Source: Candidatus Rokuibacteriota bacterium (GTDB taxonomy: Bacteria; JAUVQV01; DATDCY01). From it: a stretch of DNA of 34,567 bases. Position numbers and translations under genes: made by a program. Shown here piece after piece: positions 17,465 through 27,580 of the stretch (positions are counted from its first letter, which is position 1; every line of letters begins with the position of its first letter). Location of the stretch: positions 1-34,567 of the forward strand of contig JANOHV010000027.1 in NCBI GenBank assembly GCA_031406795.1. Direction: 5' to 3'. The notes under the pieces are model-generated. The model ran no database searches. It was not told where the DNA came from and saw only the letters and a program-made list of their open reading frames with translations.

Positions 17465-19549
17465 TCAGGGGTGTGATTTGTCTTCTTTCCGGACTGTCGT
17501 GTATTCGATCCCGTCGATGCCGAAGTGAAAACCTGATGATCGCGGGGCGTTCCCCACCACCGAAATCACCAGTCGATTGATGCCCTGAACCAGCGAGACA
17601 CCCGACAACCGCAGCTGAGCCGGCTTGACCGAGTCGTCAAAAAGATCGCCTTCGGCGCTGGCACGAGCCGGCAGCAACTCGATCCTGACCTTGCCGTAGT
17701 CGGGGGCGGCGGTCATCCAGAGCGTCAGGTCGACCATTCTTGACTCTGCCGTTTTGAGGTAGAACTCCACGCCGGCCCCGGGCTTCTCCCCACGGAAGAA
17801 GAGCTGATCCCGGGAATGCCATTGGCCGTCATAACTCGACATATCCTGCCGCGTGGCGTTGCCGGTATTGACGTACCCGACATCCCGGGTGTCCAGATCA
17901 TGATAGCCCCGAGGCGCAAAAACGCCGATCGGCCTGAACCATTCCAAGCTTTCGAGCTCGATTCTCCGCTTCTCGTCCTTCTCGCGCTGGGTAATCAGCC
18001 GATAGATCCAGCGTTTCTCGTTCAAGGGGAATTTGACCAGCTCGATTTCCGGTTCCTTCTCCTGCGCCTTTCTGATGAAGGCCGCGATCGGCTTCTGGTT
18101 GCTGATCGCGAAGAAAGGCTTGTCCAGATAGTAGGCCCGGGTCATCATGTCTGCAAGTGCGCCGCTCTCGAGTCCCCAGTTGGCGATACCCCAGGAGTTC
18201 ACCAGCAGCAGGGAAACGTCGCTGCGAACCTTGCTTATCCGTTGGTAATAGTCCGCCAGCGTGTAGTAGGTGCGGGAATCGCTGTCCAGGAAGACGGCAT
18301 CTCGCGGGAGTCTCTCGAAGAGCAGTCGCGCAAACTTCTGAACGTCGTCGAAATTGCGTTTGTTCGGGTTCACGATGAAATCCGAATGGAAGTACGCGTT
18401 CGCCGAGTAGCGGTTGTTGTAGCGACGATGCCAGACACTCCGGGGGTCCAGTGCCCAGGTCGAAATGTTCGTGTAGAGAAAGGGTCCGATCAGCAACGAA
18501 ATCACCAGATAGGCGAATAGCGCCCCCCGGCGCAGGGGATTTCCCCGGGTCGCCTGAAACAATGCGTTCAGCGCCACGCCGGCGAAGAAATAGAGAAGCA
18601 CGAAGGACTCCAGCAAGAAGGCGAACTTGTCCCAGGTCGGGTACATCGCGAAATTTGCCGAGTTGATGACCAGCGGCGTGAGCATACCCCAGAACACCGG
18701 TCTTCCCTGCAAGTTCCTGAAGCAGAGGCAGATTCCGGCAAGCCCGAAACCGACCAGATAGAGCGTGGGGGACTGGAACCAGAAGACGAAGACGGTGTCG
18801 TACAAAGACTGCCAGAGTGCACCGCTGAAGAAAGTCCCGGAAAAATTCCCCACGAAAGCCGAGTGCAGCGTGGCGCGGAGAGAATTGCTTTTCGCGAGAT
18901 CCCTCGCCAGCAGGATGAGCCAGGGGGTCATCCCCGCGGCTGCAGCAACCCCGCACAGCGGAAGCGTCGGCCACCAGGCGGAGTTGCGCCTGGCATACAG
19001 AACTCCGGTGACGGCGACACCGAGGCAGACGAACCCCATCTGCACATGGTTGAACAGACCCAGCCCGGCGAAAAAGCACAATGCCAGGAGCCAACGCCGA
19101 TCGTCGGACCGGGCCAGCCTGCGCCAGCAATACAGGCACACCGTGGTCAGAAACGCGGTGGCAGCGTAGTTCTCGACGACGGTGCTGTGCCACCACAAGG
19201 AGTGGCAGAGCATGAGAAACAGGCTCCCAACTACCGCGGTCGGCAAAGCGCCGAATTCAAAGAGCAGCAGCAGATAGAAACAGGCAACGGTCAGCGAGCC
19301 ATAAAATACCGAGACCATGTTCGCGCGGTGTGCCAGTTCCTGAAATGGCAGGATCCGGATGAACAGGGATCCCGTCAGAACCGTCAGTGGGTGATTGTTG
19401 ACGTGGGAGGTTGCACCGAACCGCTCCATGTCGTTGATCAGCAGTGCCGTGTCGCCGAACCCGACCGTCCTGCAGACCGTGAAAGAATAGAAGAGAAAGG
19501 GTATGAGCAAGAAGCCGTAGGTGCGCAGAAAATCGCTCTTCTTGTGCAT
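17465..19549 (-). CDS. DUF2723 / TMEM260-like GT-C membrane glycosyltransferase with C-terminal beta-sandwich domain
   Basis: YxxTxxxTVxxGD...H...PL, RANMVS, WWHSTVVENY and GLGLFNH motifs with many TMs; C-terminal APDYG...FGIDGI domain. Confidence 0.78.
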   Translation of the reverse strand: MHKKSDFLRTYGFLLIPFLFYSFTVCRTVGFGDTALLINDMERFGATSHVNNHPLTVLTGSLFIRILPFQELAHRANMVSVFYGSLTVACFYLLLLFEFGALPTAVVGSLFLMLCHSLWWHSTVVENYAATAFLTTVCLYCWRRLARSDDRRWLLALCFFAGLGLFNHVQMGFVCLGVAVTGVLYARRNSAWWPTLPLCGVAAAAGMTPWLILLARDLAKSNSLRATLHSAFVGNFSGTFFSGALWQSLYDTVFVFWFQSPTLYLVGFGLAGICLCFRNLQGRPVFWGMLTPLVINSANFAMYPTWDKFAFLLESFVLLYFFAGVALNALFQATRGNPLRRGALFAYLVISLLIGPFLYTNISTWALDPRSVWHRRYNNRYSANAYFHSDFIVNPNKRNFDDVQKFARLLFERLPRDAVFLDSDSRTYYTLADYYQRISKVRSDVSLLLVNSWGIANWGLESGALADMMTRAYYLDKPFFAISNQKPIAAFIRKAQEKEPEIELVKFPLNEKRWIYRLITQREKDEKRRIELESLEWFRPIGVFAPRGYHDLDTRDVGYVNTGNATRQDMSSYDGQWHSRDQLFFRGEKPGAGVEFYLKTAESRMVDLTLWMTAAPDYGKVRIELLPARASAEGDLFDDSVKPAQLRLSGVSLVQGINRLVISVVGNAPRSSGFHFGIDGIEYTTVRKEDKSHP

Positions 19550-19556
19550 GATCCGG

Positions 19557-19584
19557 ATTATCCCGCTTTCCCGCTGCCTGTCAA
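19557..19584 (-). promoter_or_regulatory. Putative promoter of the DUF2723 gene (possibly leaderless)
   Basis: TTGACA-16 nt-GATAAT ending 7 nt before ATG 19549; no clear SD. Confidence 0.5.
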
Positions 19585-19662
19585 TTTCAGATGCGAGTGC
19601 TTCGACTCACCGTCGGGTGCCGCTGACGGGCCATGGCTTTCCCGCGACGAGGTCGACGATAA

Positions 19663-20489
<827 letters not shown>

Positions 20490-20919
20490 TTCGTTTCCTC
20501 CTTTTCCTGAAAAACCCCGCGCCACTCACCCTCAAGGGGGGAGGGACTTCGTCTCGGATTGTCCTCTGCTCACTACGGTAGGACGCAACCGCACCGGCGG
20601 CAATGGGGTCTTCCCTCCATTCTTCGGGCGCAGCGAACGAAGGGCCGCCGTCACCCGTCAGCCGATTCCGCCAGCAACTCACCGAGACTGCCCCGCCGGA
20701 TCGAAGGCTGCAAGCGCGTGTCGTGCCCCCGCTGCTCATCGTTATCCCGCATCATCACGAAGCAACTGCGACAAAAAGACGCGCAGGATTTGCAGGTCCG
20801 GGGGTTTGACAGCGGGCCCGGACTTCCATAAAAGACTAGTACCTGGCCGGGCTTCGCCGACACGCGGTTGGTGCAGCCGCCGGGAACGGGGAGAAACTCG
20901 AGCCAAGAGGACACGCAGC

Positions 20920-22776
20920 ATGCGCGTCGATTTCGGCCCATTCGCCGACCGCCTCTGTACCGCACGAGAGGCGGCCCAGACGATCCGTTCCGGGAGCCGG
21001 CTCTTCGCCGGGACCGGCTGCGCAACGCCCCGCGCGCTGCTCGGGGCGCTCGAGGGGTTGCGCGAGCCGCCCGAGGATGTCACCGTCTACTCCTTCCTGA
21101 CCAACGGCGCGATGCCCTTCCGGGACGGACTGCCCGTTTCCAAGTACCGGCACGCCTGCTTCTTCGTCGGCACCGACACGCGCGAGGCCGTTCGCACCGG
21201 AGCCGCCGATTACATCCCGTTCGCCCTCTTCCAGCTCCCTTTTCTGCTCGAGAACTCCCGCTTCCCGGTAGACGTCGCGCTCATCCAGGTTTCCGCGCCG
21301 GACCGGCACGGCTTCGTGAGCCTCGGCATCTCGGTCGATATCACCCACAAAGTCCTGCACCACGCCCGGAGGATCATCGCCGAAGTCAACCCGAGCATGC
21401 CCTTCACCCTCGGGGACTCGGTGGTCCACCTCTCGCGCATCGAGCGCCTGGTGCTCAACGACACCCCGGTGATGGAGTACACGCACCCGCCTGCGGACGA
21501 CGTCGCGGAGGAGATCGCCGAGTACATTGCCGGGATCATCGAGGACGGATCGACGATCCACGTCGGCCTCGGGCGCGTGCCGAACGCGGCGCTCGCGCGG
21601 CTCCATGACCGCCGCGACCTGGGCATCCACACCGACGTCATCACCGACAGCGTGCTCGACCTCATCGAGAATGGGGTGGTAAACGGCCGGCGCAAGTCCC
21701 TCCACCGCGACAAGGTCGTCACCAGCTACTGCCTCGGGACCAAGCGGCTCTATGACCACGTCTGCCTTAATCCGACATTCGAGTTCCGACCGGTCGAGTA
21801 CGTCTGCGAGCCCCTCGTCGTCGCGCAGAACAACTGCATGGTGTCGGTGACGCAGGCGTTCGCCGTCGACCTGACCGGACAGGTCTGCATCGACCACCTC
21901 GACGGCGATTTCTACGGCGGCGTCTCCACCCAGCCGGCCTTCATGAGCGGCGCCGCCAGATCGCGGGGCGGCAAGCCGATCATCTGCCTGCGCTCGATGA
22001 CCGAGGACGGCGGCGCCAGCCGGATTCGACCCCAGTTGCTCGCCGGCGAAGGAGTCGGCATTCCCCGCGCCGACGTGCACTATGTGATCACGGAGTACGG
22101 GGTAGCGTACCTGTTCGGCAAGTCCATCCGCGAGCGGGCGCTCTGCCTTGTGGAAATTGCCCACCCCGACCAGCGCGCGGGACTCCTCGAGGAGGCCAAG
22201 CGCCTCGGCTATCTCCCGCCGCAACAGTGCGTCAGGAACTTCCAGGAGTACCGGATCCAGGAGGAGCGCAGCGTCACGCTGAAGGACGGGCGCGAGCTGA
22301 ACATCCGCCCGGCGCGGGGGAGCGACGGCGGGAAGCTCCAGGCGCTCTTCCACGCGATGAGCGAGGAGGACGTGTACCGGCGCTTCTTCAGACGGGTCAA
22401 GTCCCTGAGCTTCACCGACGCGCAGCAGCTGTGCAATGTGAACTTCGAAGACGAGGTCGCCTTCCTGGCCGTCGCCGGCGAGCGGGAGAGCGAGGAGATC
22501 GTCGGCGGCTCCTGCTACTTCGTGCACCACGCGACCAACATCGCCGAGGTCGCCTACATGGTGGCCCGCGACTGGCAGGGCGCCGGCCTCGGCTCGGCTC
22601 TGCAGCAGCGCCTGAAGGAACATGCGCTTCGCTGCGGGGTGCGCGGATTCAAGTCGGAGATCCTGCGCGCCAACGCCCCGATGATCGCCCTCGCCCACCG
22701 CGGGGGCGAGCGGGTCGAGGTCGCCTGGAATGAGGACCTTTGCGAGGTCACCGCCTATTTCCACCCCCGACCCTGA
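20920..22776 (+). CDS. Acetyl-CoA hydrolase/transferase with C-terminal GNAT domain
   Basis: DVALIQVSAPD, IAEVNPSMP, DLGIHTD, VDLTGQV, IAHP; GNAT part AEVAYMV...WQGAGLG...NAPM. ATG 20920 follows GAGG. Confidence 0.9.
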   Translation: MRVDFGPFADRLCTAREAAQTIRSGSRLFAGTGCATPRALLGALEGLREPPEDVTVYSFLTNGAMPFRDGLPVSKYRHACFFVGTDTREAVRTGAADYIPFALFQLPFLLENSRFPVDVALIQVSAPDRHGFVSLGISVDITHKVLHHARRIIAEVNPSMPFTLGDSVVHLSRIERLVLNDTPVMEYTHPPADDVAEEIAEYIAGIIEDGSTIHVGLGRVPNAALARLHDRRDLGIHTDVITDSVLDLIENGVVNGRRKSLHRDKVVTSYCLGTKRLYDHVCLNPTFEFRPVEYVCEPLVVAQNNCMVSVTQAFAVDLTGQVCIDHLDGDFYGGVSTQPAFMSGAARSRGGKPIICLRSMTEDGGASRIRPQLLAGEGVGIPRADVHYVITEYGVAYLFGKSIRERALCLVEIAHPDQRAGLLEEAKRLGYLPPQQCVRNFQEYRIQEERSVTLKDGRELNIRPARGSDGGKLQALFHAMSEEDVYRRFFRRVKSLSFTDAQQLCNVNFEDEVAFLAVAGERESEEIVGGSCYFVHHATNIAEVAYMVARDWQGAGLGSALQQRLKEHALRCGVRGFKSEILRANAPMIALAHRGGERVEVAWNEDLCEVTAYFHPRP

Positions 22777-22809
22777 TCCGCGGCAGCGCCGCGCGGACAC
22801 CTGCTTCCG

Positions 22810-22828
22810 TCTTGATGAAATCTTGAGG
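22810..22828 (+). promoter_or_regulatory. Candidate OmpR-family (KdpE) binding direct repeat
   Basis: TCTTGA repeated at 11-bp spacing (22810 and 22821) upstream of the APC-kdpDE genes. Confidence 0.4.
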
Positions 22829-23060
22829 CTTCACGCCGCAATCCTTGCACCATCCTGGCGTAAATTCCCCTAGGTTACCGACAGGGCGAAACGGTAACAG
22901 CCGCCGGACGGCCAGATTTTCGACATGTCCGGCTGCAGGGAGGTGCGGGATGCGTGGATCCACAACGGGTACTGCGGCGGCGGTCTTGCCCGCCGTTTTC
23001 TACGTCGCGTCCGGGCCGGGGCTGAGTGCCCCCTGCCCGCACGAGGCCGGTCGCTGAGCC

Positions 23061-25052
23061 ATGGCGACGCTCGATCCCCAGCCGCCGGAAGCGTTGCCGC
23101 TCGGCCAGCGCGTCCGGCGTTTCCTGATTGGCGCGCCGCGCGATCTCGGCGACCGCTCGCTCTTTCGACACCTCTCGCTGCTCCCGTTCCTCGCCTGGGT
23201 CGGGCTGGGCGCCGACGGCCTGTCGTCCTCCTCCTACGGGCCGATGGAGGCCTTCCTGACGCTGCGCGAGCACACCTACCTGGCGGTCGGGCTCGCGGCA
23301 CTGACGGCGGCCACGGTGTTCATCATCGCGGCCGCCTACGGCCACATTATCGAGGACTTCCCGCACGGTGGGGGTGGCTACTTGGTCGCCACGAAGCTCC
23401 TGGGCCCGCGCTGGGGCGTGCTCTCGGGCAGCGCCCTGCTGATCGACTACGTGCTGACGATCACCGTTTCGATCGCCGCGGCCGGCGACGCGCTTTTCAG
23501 CTTTCTGCCCGCCGGGCTGCACCAGGGGAAGATGGGCTTCGAGATCTTCTGCATCGTCGCGCTGATGACCCTGAACATCCGCGGCGTCAAGGAGTCGGTC
23601 AAGGTGCTCCTGCCGGTTTTCCTACTCTTCCTCGCCACGCACGTCGTCCTGCTGGTCGGCGGGATCTTCGGCCGGGCCGCCGCGATCGCGGACACGGCAC
23701 GGGCGGCCGCCGATGGCTTTCACGCCGGACTCGCCGCCCCCGGCTTCGGGATCGGCGCGATGGCCCTGCTGTTTCTGCACGCCTACTCCCTCGGCGGCGG
23801 CACCTATACCGGCATTGAGGCGGTCTCCAACGGCATGCCGATCATGCAGGAGCCGCGCGTGAAGAACGGCAAACGCACCATGCTTTACATGGCGACCTCG
23901 CTGGCGATCACCGCCGGCGGCCTGCTGCTCTGCTACCTGCTCTGGGGCGTGAGCGCCGTCGAGGGCAAGACGCTCAACGCGGTTCTGGTCGAGAAACTCG
24001 TCGCCGGAGTCCCCTTCGGCGGCGCCTTCGTGATCGCGACGCTGTTTTCCGAAGGCGGTCTGCTCGTGGTCGCCGCCCAGGCCGGCTTCATCGACGGCCC
24101 GCGGGTGCTGGCCAACATGGCCGTCGACTCCTGGGCCCCCCACCGCTTCGCCGCTCTCTCGGAGCGGCTGACGACGCACAACGGCATCCTGCTGATGGGC
24201 CTCGCGGCCCTCGTGGCGCTGCTCTACACCGGCGGCGACGTCGTGCAGCTCGTGATCATGTACAGCATCAACGTCTTCCTGACGTTTTCGCTTTCGATGT
24301 TCGGCATGGCCCGCTCGTACCTCAAGAGGCGCCGGGAGGCGCGACTCTGGAAGCGCCGGTTCGCCCTGTTCGTGGTTGGCTTCCTGCTCTGCGTGACGAT
24401 TCTGGTGATCACCAGCGTCGAGAAGTTCGCCGAGGGCGGCTGGATCACGCTGGCGGTGACGGGGGGGCTCGTCGCGCTCTGCTTCGTGATCCGCGGGCAC
24501 TACCGGACCGTCGGGGCCAAGCTCGAAGAGCTCTACGCCCAGCTCGGCTCGCTGCCCGTCGATCTCGACAGAATTCCGGCTGAACCGGACCCGACGAAAC
24601 CGACGGCCGTCGTCCTCGTCGGCAGCTACGGCGGGCTGGGGATCCACACGGTGCTCAACGCCTTTCGCGCCTTCCCCGGGCACTTCAAGAACCTGGTGTT
24701 CGTCTCCGTCGGCGTCATCGACTCCGGCGGCTTCAAGGGGGAGGAAACATTCGACGCGCTGCGCGAGCGCACCGAGGAGACGCTCGGACGCTATCTGCAG
24801 CTGGCGAGCGGCCTGGGCATTCCGGCGGCCTACCGCTGCGCGATCGGCACCGACGCCGTCGAGGAGGCCGACGCGCTCTGCCGCCGGATCGCCGAGGAGT
24901 TCCACGGCTGCATGTTCTTCGCCGGCAAGGTCATTTTCCACCGCGAGAAGTGGTACCAGAAGATCCTGCACAACGAGACGGCCTATCTGATCCAGAAGCG
25001 GCTGCAGTGGGCCGGCCTGACGATGGTCATCCTCCCCGCCAAGTTGCGTTAG
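23061..25052 (+). CDS. APC family permease, KimA/YdaO-like potassium transporter
   Basis: ADGLSSSSYG, GGGGYLVA, LLIDYVLTITVS, NIRGVKES and TGIEAVSNG motifs; soluble C-terminal domain. Confidence 0.85.
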   Translation: MATLDPQPPEALPLGQRVRRFLIGAPRDLGDRSLFRHLSLLPFLAWVGLGADGLSSSSYGPMEAFLTLREHTYLAVGLAALTAATVFIIAAAYGHIIEDFPHGGGGYLVATKLLGPRWGVLSGSALLIDYVLTITVSIAAAGDALFSFLPAGLHQGKMGFEIFCIVALMTLNIRGVKESVKVLLPVFLLFLATHVVLLVGGIFGRAAAIADTARAAADGFHAGLAAPGFGIGAMALLFLHAYSLGGGTYTGIEAVSNGMPIMQEPRVKNGKRTMLYMATSLAITAGGLLLCYLLWGVSAVEGKTLNAVLVEKLVAGVPFGGAFVIATLFSEGGLLVVAAQAGFIDGPRVLANMAVDSWAPHRFAALSERLTTHNGILLMGLAALVALLYTGGDVVQLVIMYSINVFLTFSLSMFGMARSYLKRRREARLWKRRFALFVVGFLLCVTILVITSVEKFAEGGWITLAVTGGLVALCFVIRGHYRTVGAKLEELYAQLGSLPVDLDRIPAEPDPTKPTAVVLVGSYGGLGIHTVLNAFRAFPGHFKNLVFVSVGVIDSGGFKGEETFDALRERTEETLGRYLQLASGLGIPAAYRCAIGTDAVEEADALCRRIAEEFHGCMFFAGKVIFHREKWYQKILHNETAYLIQKRLQWAGLTMVILPAKLR

Positions 25053-25215
25053 CCCGGGTCGTTCAGGAGGCCCTGATGCGCCCCGGCGGCGGTGCTGTCT
25101 TTGCCTCCTGCGAGCGAAGCGAGTGGGAGGGGGTGCGGCGGGCACCAGCCCGCCTCCGCGCGCGCTCGGCGCTGCCTTGCCGGAACGCATCATGACGCTC
25201 CTGAACGACTCGGGC
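25052..25215. mobile_element. MITE-like 164-bp element with terminal inverted repeats
   Basis: Left GCCCGGGTCGTTCAGGAG versus right (reverse complement) GCCCGAGTCGTTCAGGAG, 17/18 identical, extending imperfectly to about 36 bp. Confidence 0.6.
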
Positions 25216-25298
25216 AGAAAATTGCGAAGCGGGCTGGCACAACCGCAGCCGACGCGCTACGCTGATGCTCATGAGCGTTGTGGGTGTCTGAGGTTCGC

Positions 25299-26846
25299 AT
25301 GACAATTTCCGGTGCGCAGCCCGGGACCGCCGCGTTGGCCGCGTACGCCTGGTCGACCCTGCTGGTGCTCGGCATCACTGCCTCCGCCCTGCTCGGCCGC
25401 AACGTCTTTCATCTGCCGGACGTCGTGATGCTCTACCTGCTGGCGATCCTGGTCGCTTCGTTCCGGTTCGGTCGCGGCCCGGCGATCTTCGCCTCGGCCC
25501 TGTGCGTGGCCTCCTACGACTTCTTCTTCGTCCCGCCGTTCCACACCTTCAGCGTCGAGCACACCCGGCACATGTTGACCTTCGCGATGATGTTCGGGCT
25601 GGGGCTCGGCGTCAGCGGGCTCACCGCGCGGCTGCGGCGGCAGGAGCGCGACGCCAGAGTCCGCGAGGGACACACCGCGACGCTCTACGCGCTGAGCAAG
25701 GAGCTGCTCGGGGTACCCGATCGAGGCCGCGCGGGCGATATCGCGGCACGGCATGCGGCGGCGGCGTTCGGCGGCGCGGCTGCGGTGCTGCTGCGCGGCG
25801 AGGACGGCGAACTCAGCGTACCGGAGCCCGGCGAGGCGGGCGCGCATTTGGAGCCGGAGGACCTGGCGGTCGCCCGCTGGGCGCTGCATCACGGCCGCCC
25901 GGTCGGGGCCGGCACCGGAATCCTCTCGGACGCCCCGGTCACCTGCCTCCCGCTCGACGCCGGGGTCGCGCCGCTCGGCGTGCTCGTGCTGCTGCGCCCC
26001 TCCGCGGAAGTCATCGACGTGGCTCGCCGCGGCTTCCTCGAGGTCTTCGCGCGCCAGGTCGCCTTCGCCATCGAGCGGCTGCGGCTCGGCGAGGAAGCGC
26101 GCGCGGCGACGCAGCGCGCCCGCAGCGAGCAGATGCGCAGCTCGCTGCTGAGCGCGGTGTCGCACGACCTGCGCACGCCGCTCGCGACGATCACCGGCGC
26201 CGGGACCGCACTGCGCGATGAGCGCGAGCGGCTCGGCCCCGGGCAGCGGGAGGAGTTGATCGACACCATCTGCACCGAGGCCGAGCGCATGGAGCGGCTG
26301 GTCGGCAACATCCTCGACATGGTGCGGATCGAGTCCGGCGGGATGGCGCTGCGGCGCGACTGGGTCCCCCTCGAAGAGGTGCTCGGTTCCGCGCTGGTGC
26401 GGCTCGACGCACAACTTCAGGGGCGCGAGGTCCGGACAAACCTCACCGAGGGGCTGCCCCTCGTGCCCATCGATCCGGTACTCTTCGAACAGCTGTTCAT
26501 CAACCTGATCGACAACGCCGTGAAATACACGCCGGCGGGCACCCCGCTCGCGATTCAGGCCCGCCTGAGCGACGACATCCTGGAGATCGAAGTGGCCGAC
26601 CGCGGTCCCGGCATCCCCGGGGGCCAGGAAGAGCGCATCTTCGAGAAGTTCCAGCGGGGCGCGCAGACCGGTAGCGGCGGCGTCGGATTGGGCCTGCCGA
26701 TCTGTCGCGGCATCGTCGAGGCCCACGGCGGAACGATACTCGCGGCCAACCGCGAGGGCGGCGGCGCGGTCTTCCGGATCCGGCTGCCGCTGCGGGAGCC
26801 GCCGCCGACCACCCGGCCAGCCGAACCTGAGGAGGTGCGCCTGTGA
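25299..26846 (+). CDS. kdpD: KdpD-like sensor histidine kinase lacking the N-terminal KdpD/Usp domains
   Basis: DUF4118 TM region (VMLYLL, YDFFFVPPFHTF), GAF, SSLLSAVSHDLRTPL, NLIDNAVKY, DRGPGI, GLGLPIC. Confidence 0.88.
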   Translation: MTISGAQPGTAALAAYAWSTLLVLGITASALLGRNVFHLPDVVMLYLLAILVASFRFGRGPAIFASALCVASYDFFFVPPFHTFSVEHTRHMLTFAMMFGLGLGVSGLTARLRRQERDARVREGHTATLYALSKELLGVPDRGRAGDIAARHAAAAFGGAAAVLLRGEDGELSVPEPGEAGAHLEPEDLAVARWALHHGRPVGAGTGILSDAPVTCLPLDAGVAPLGVLVLLRPSAEVIDVARRGFLEVFARQVAFAIERLRLGEEARAATQRARSEQMRSSLLSAVSHDLRTPLATITGAGTALRDERERLGPGQREELIDTICTEAERMERLVGNILDMVRIESGGMALRRDWVPLEEVLGSALVRLDAQLQGREVRTNLTEGLPLVPIDPVLFEQLFINLIDNAVKYTPAGTPLAIQARLSDDILEIEVADRGPGIPGGQEERIFEKFQRGAQTGSGGVGLGLPICRGIVEAHGGTILAANREGGGAVFRIRLPLREPPPTTRPAEPEEVRL

Positions 26847-27538
26847 GCGCAGCGGGGCCGCTAGTCCTGATCGTCGAGGACGACCCCCAGCTGCGCCGCT
26901 TCCTCCGTACGGCGCTCGGCGCTCAGGACTACCGGGTCATCGAGGCGGAGACGGTGCGGGAGGCGCTGATCGCCGCGACAACGCACAACCCGGAACTTAT
27001 CCTTCTCGACATCGGCCTGCCGGACGGCGACGGCATCGACCTGACGCGGCGGATCCGCGAATGGAGCCGGGTTCCGGTCATCGTGATCTCGGCGCGCGGG
27101 CGCGAGGACGACAAGGTGGCCGCGCTCGACGCGGGAGCCGACGACTACCTGACGAAGCCCTTCGGCGTGAACGAGCTGCTAGCGCGAATCCGGGTGTCGT
27201 TGCGCCACGCGGCGGCGTCGTCTTCCACGGACGCGCCGGTCGTGGAGTCCGGCCCGCTGCGGCTCGATTTCGCGCGTCGTGAGGTCAGGATCGCCGGTGT
27301 CGAAGTCCGCCTGACGCCCCTCGAATACCGCCTGCTCGCGCTGCTCGCGCAGAACGCGGGCAAGGTGCTCACCCACCGCCAGATACTCAAGGAAGTCTGG
27401 GGCCCCGGCGCGGTGAGCGAGACCCACTATCTGCGCGTCTTCATGGCGCAGCTGCGTCGGAAGATCGAGCCGGACCCGGCGCGTCCGCGGCTGCTGCTGA
27501 CCGAGCCGGGCGTCGGCTACCGGATGCGGGAGTCCTGA
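26843..27538 (+). CDS. kdpE: KdpE response regulator
   Basis: LDIGLPDGDG, ALDAGADDYLTKPF, GKVLTHRQIL, YLRVFMAQLRRKIE, TEPGVGYR; GTGA overlap with kdpD. Confidence 0.93.
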   Translation: MSAAGPLVLIVEDDPQLRRFLRTALGAQDYRVIEAETVREALIAATTHNPELILLDIGLPDGDGIDLTRRIREWSRVPVIVISARGREDDKVAALDAGADDYLTKPFGVNELLARIRVSLRHAAASSSTDAPVVESGPLRLDFARREVRIAGVEVRLTPLEYRLLALLAQNAGKVLTHRQILKEVWGPGAVSETHYLRVFMAQLRRKIEPDPARPRLLLTEPGVGYRMRES

Positions 27539-27580
27539 GCGGCCCGAATAACTTCGTCCCCCGCCTCCGGGGCGCGGACA

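Noticed and set aside
22860-22920. c-di-AMP or c-di-GMP riboswitch upstream of the KimA-like gene
   Set aside because: Only a simple hairpin with short motif-like words (ACAGGGCGAAAC, GGTTACCG) in the wrong order; the full architecture is absent.
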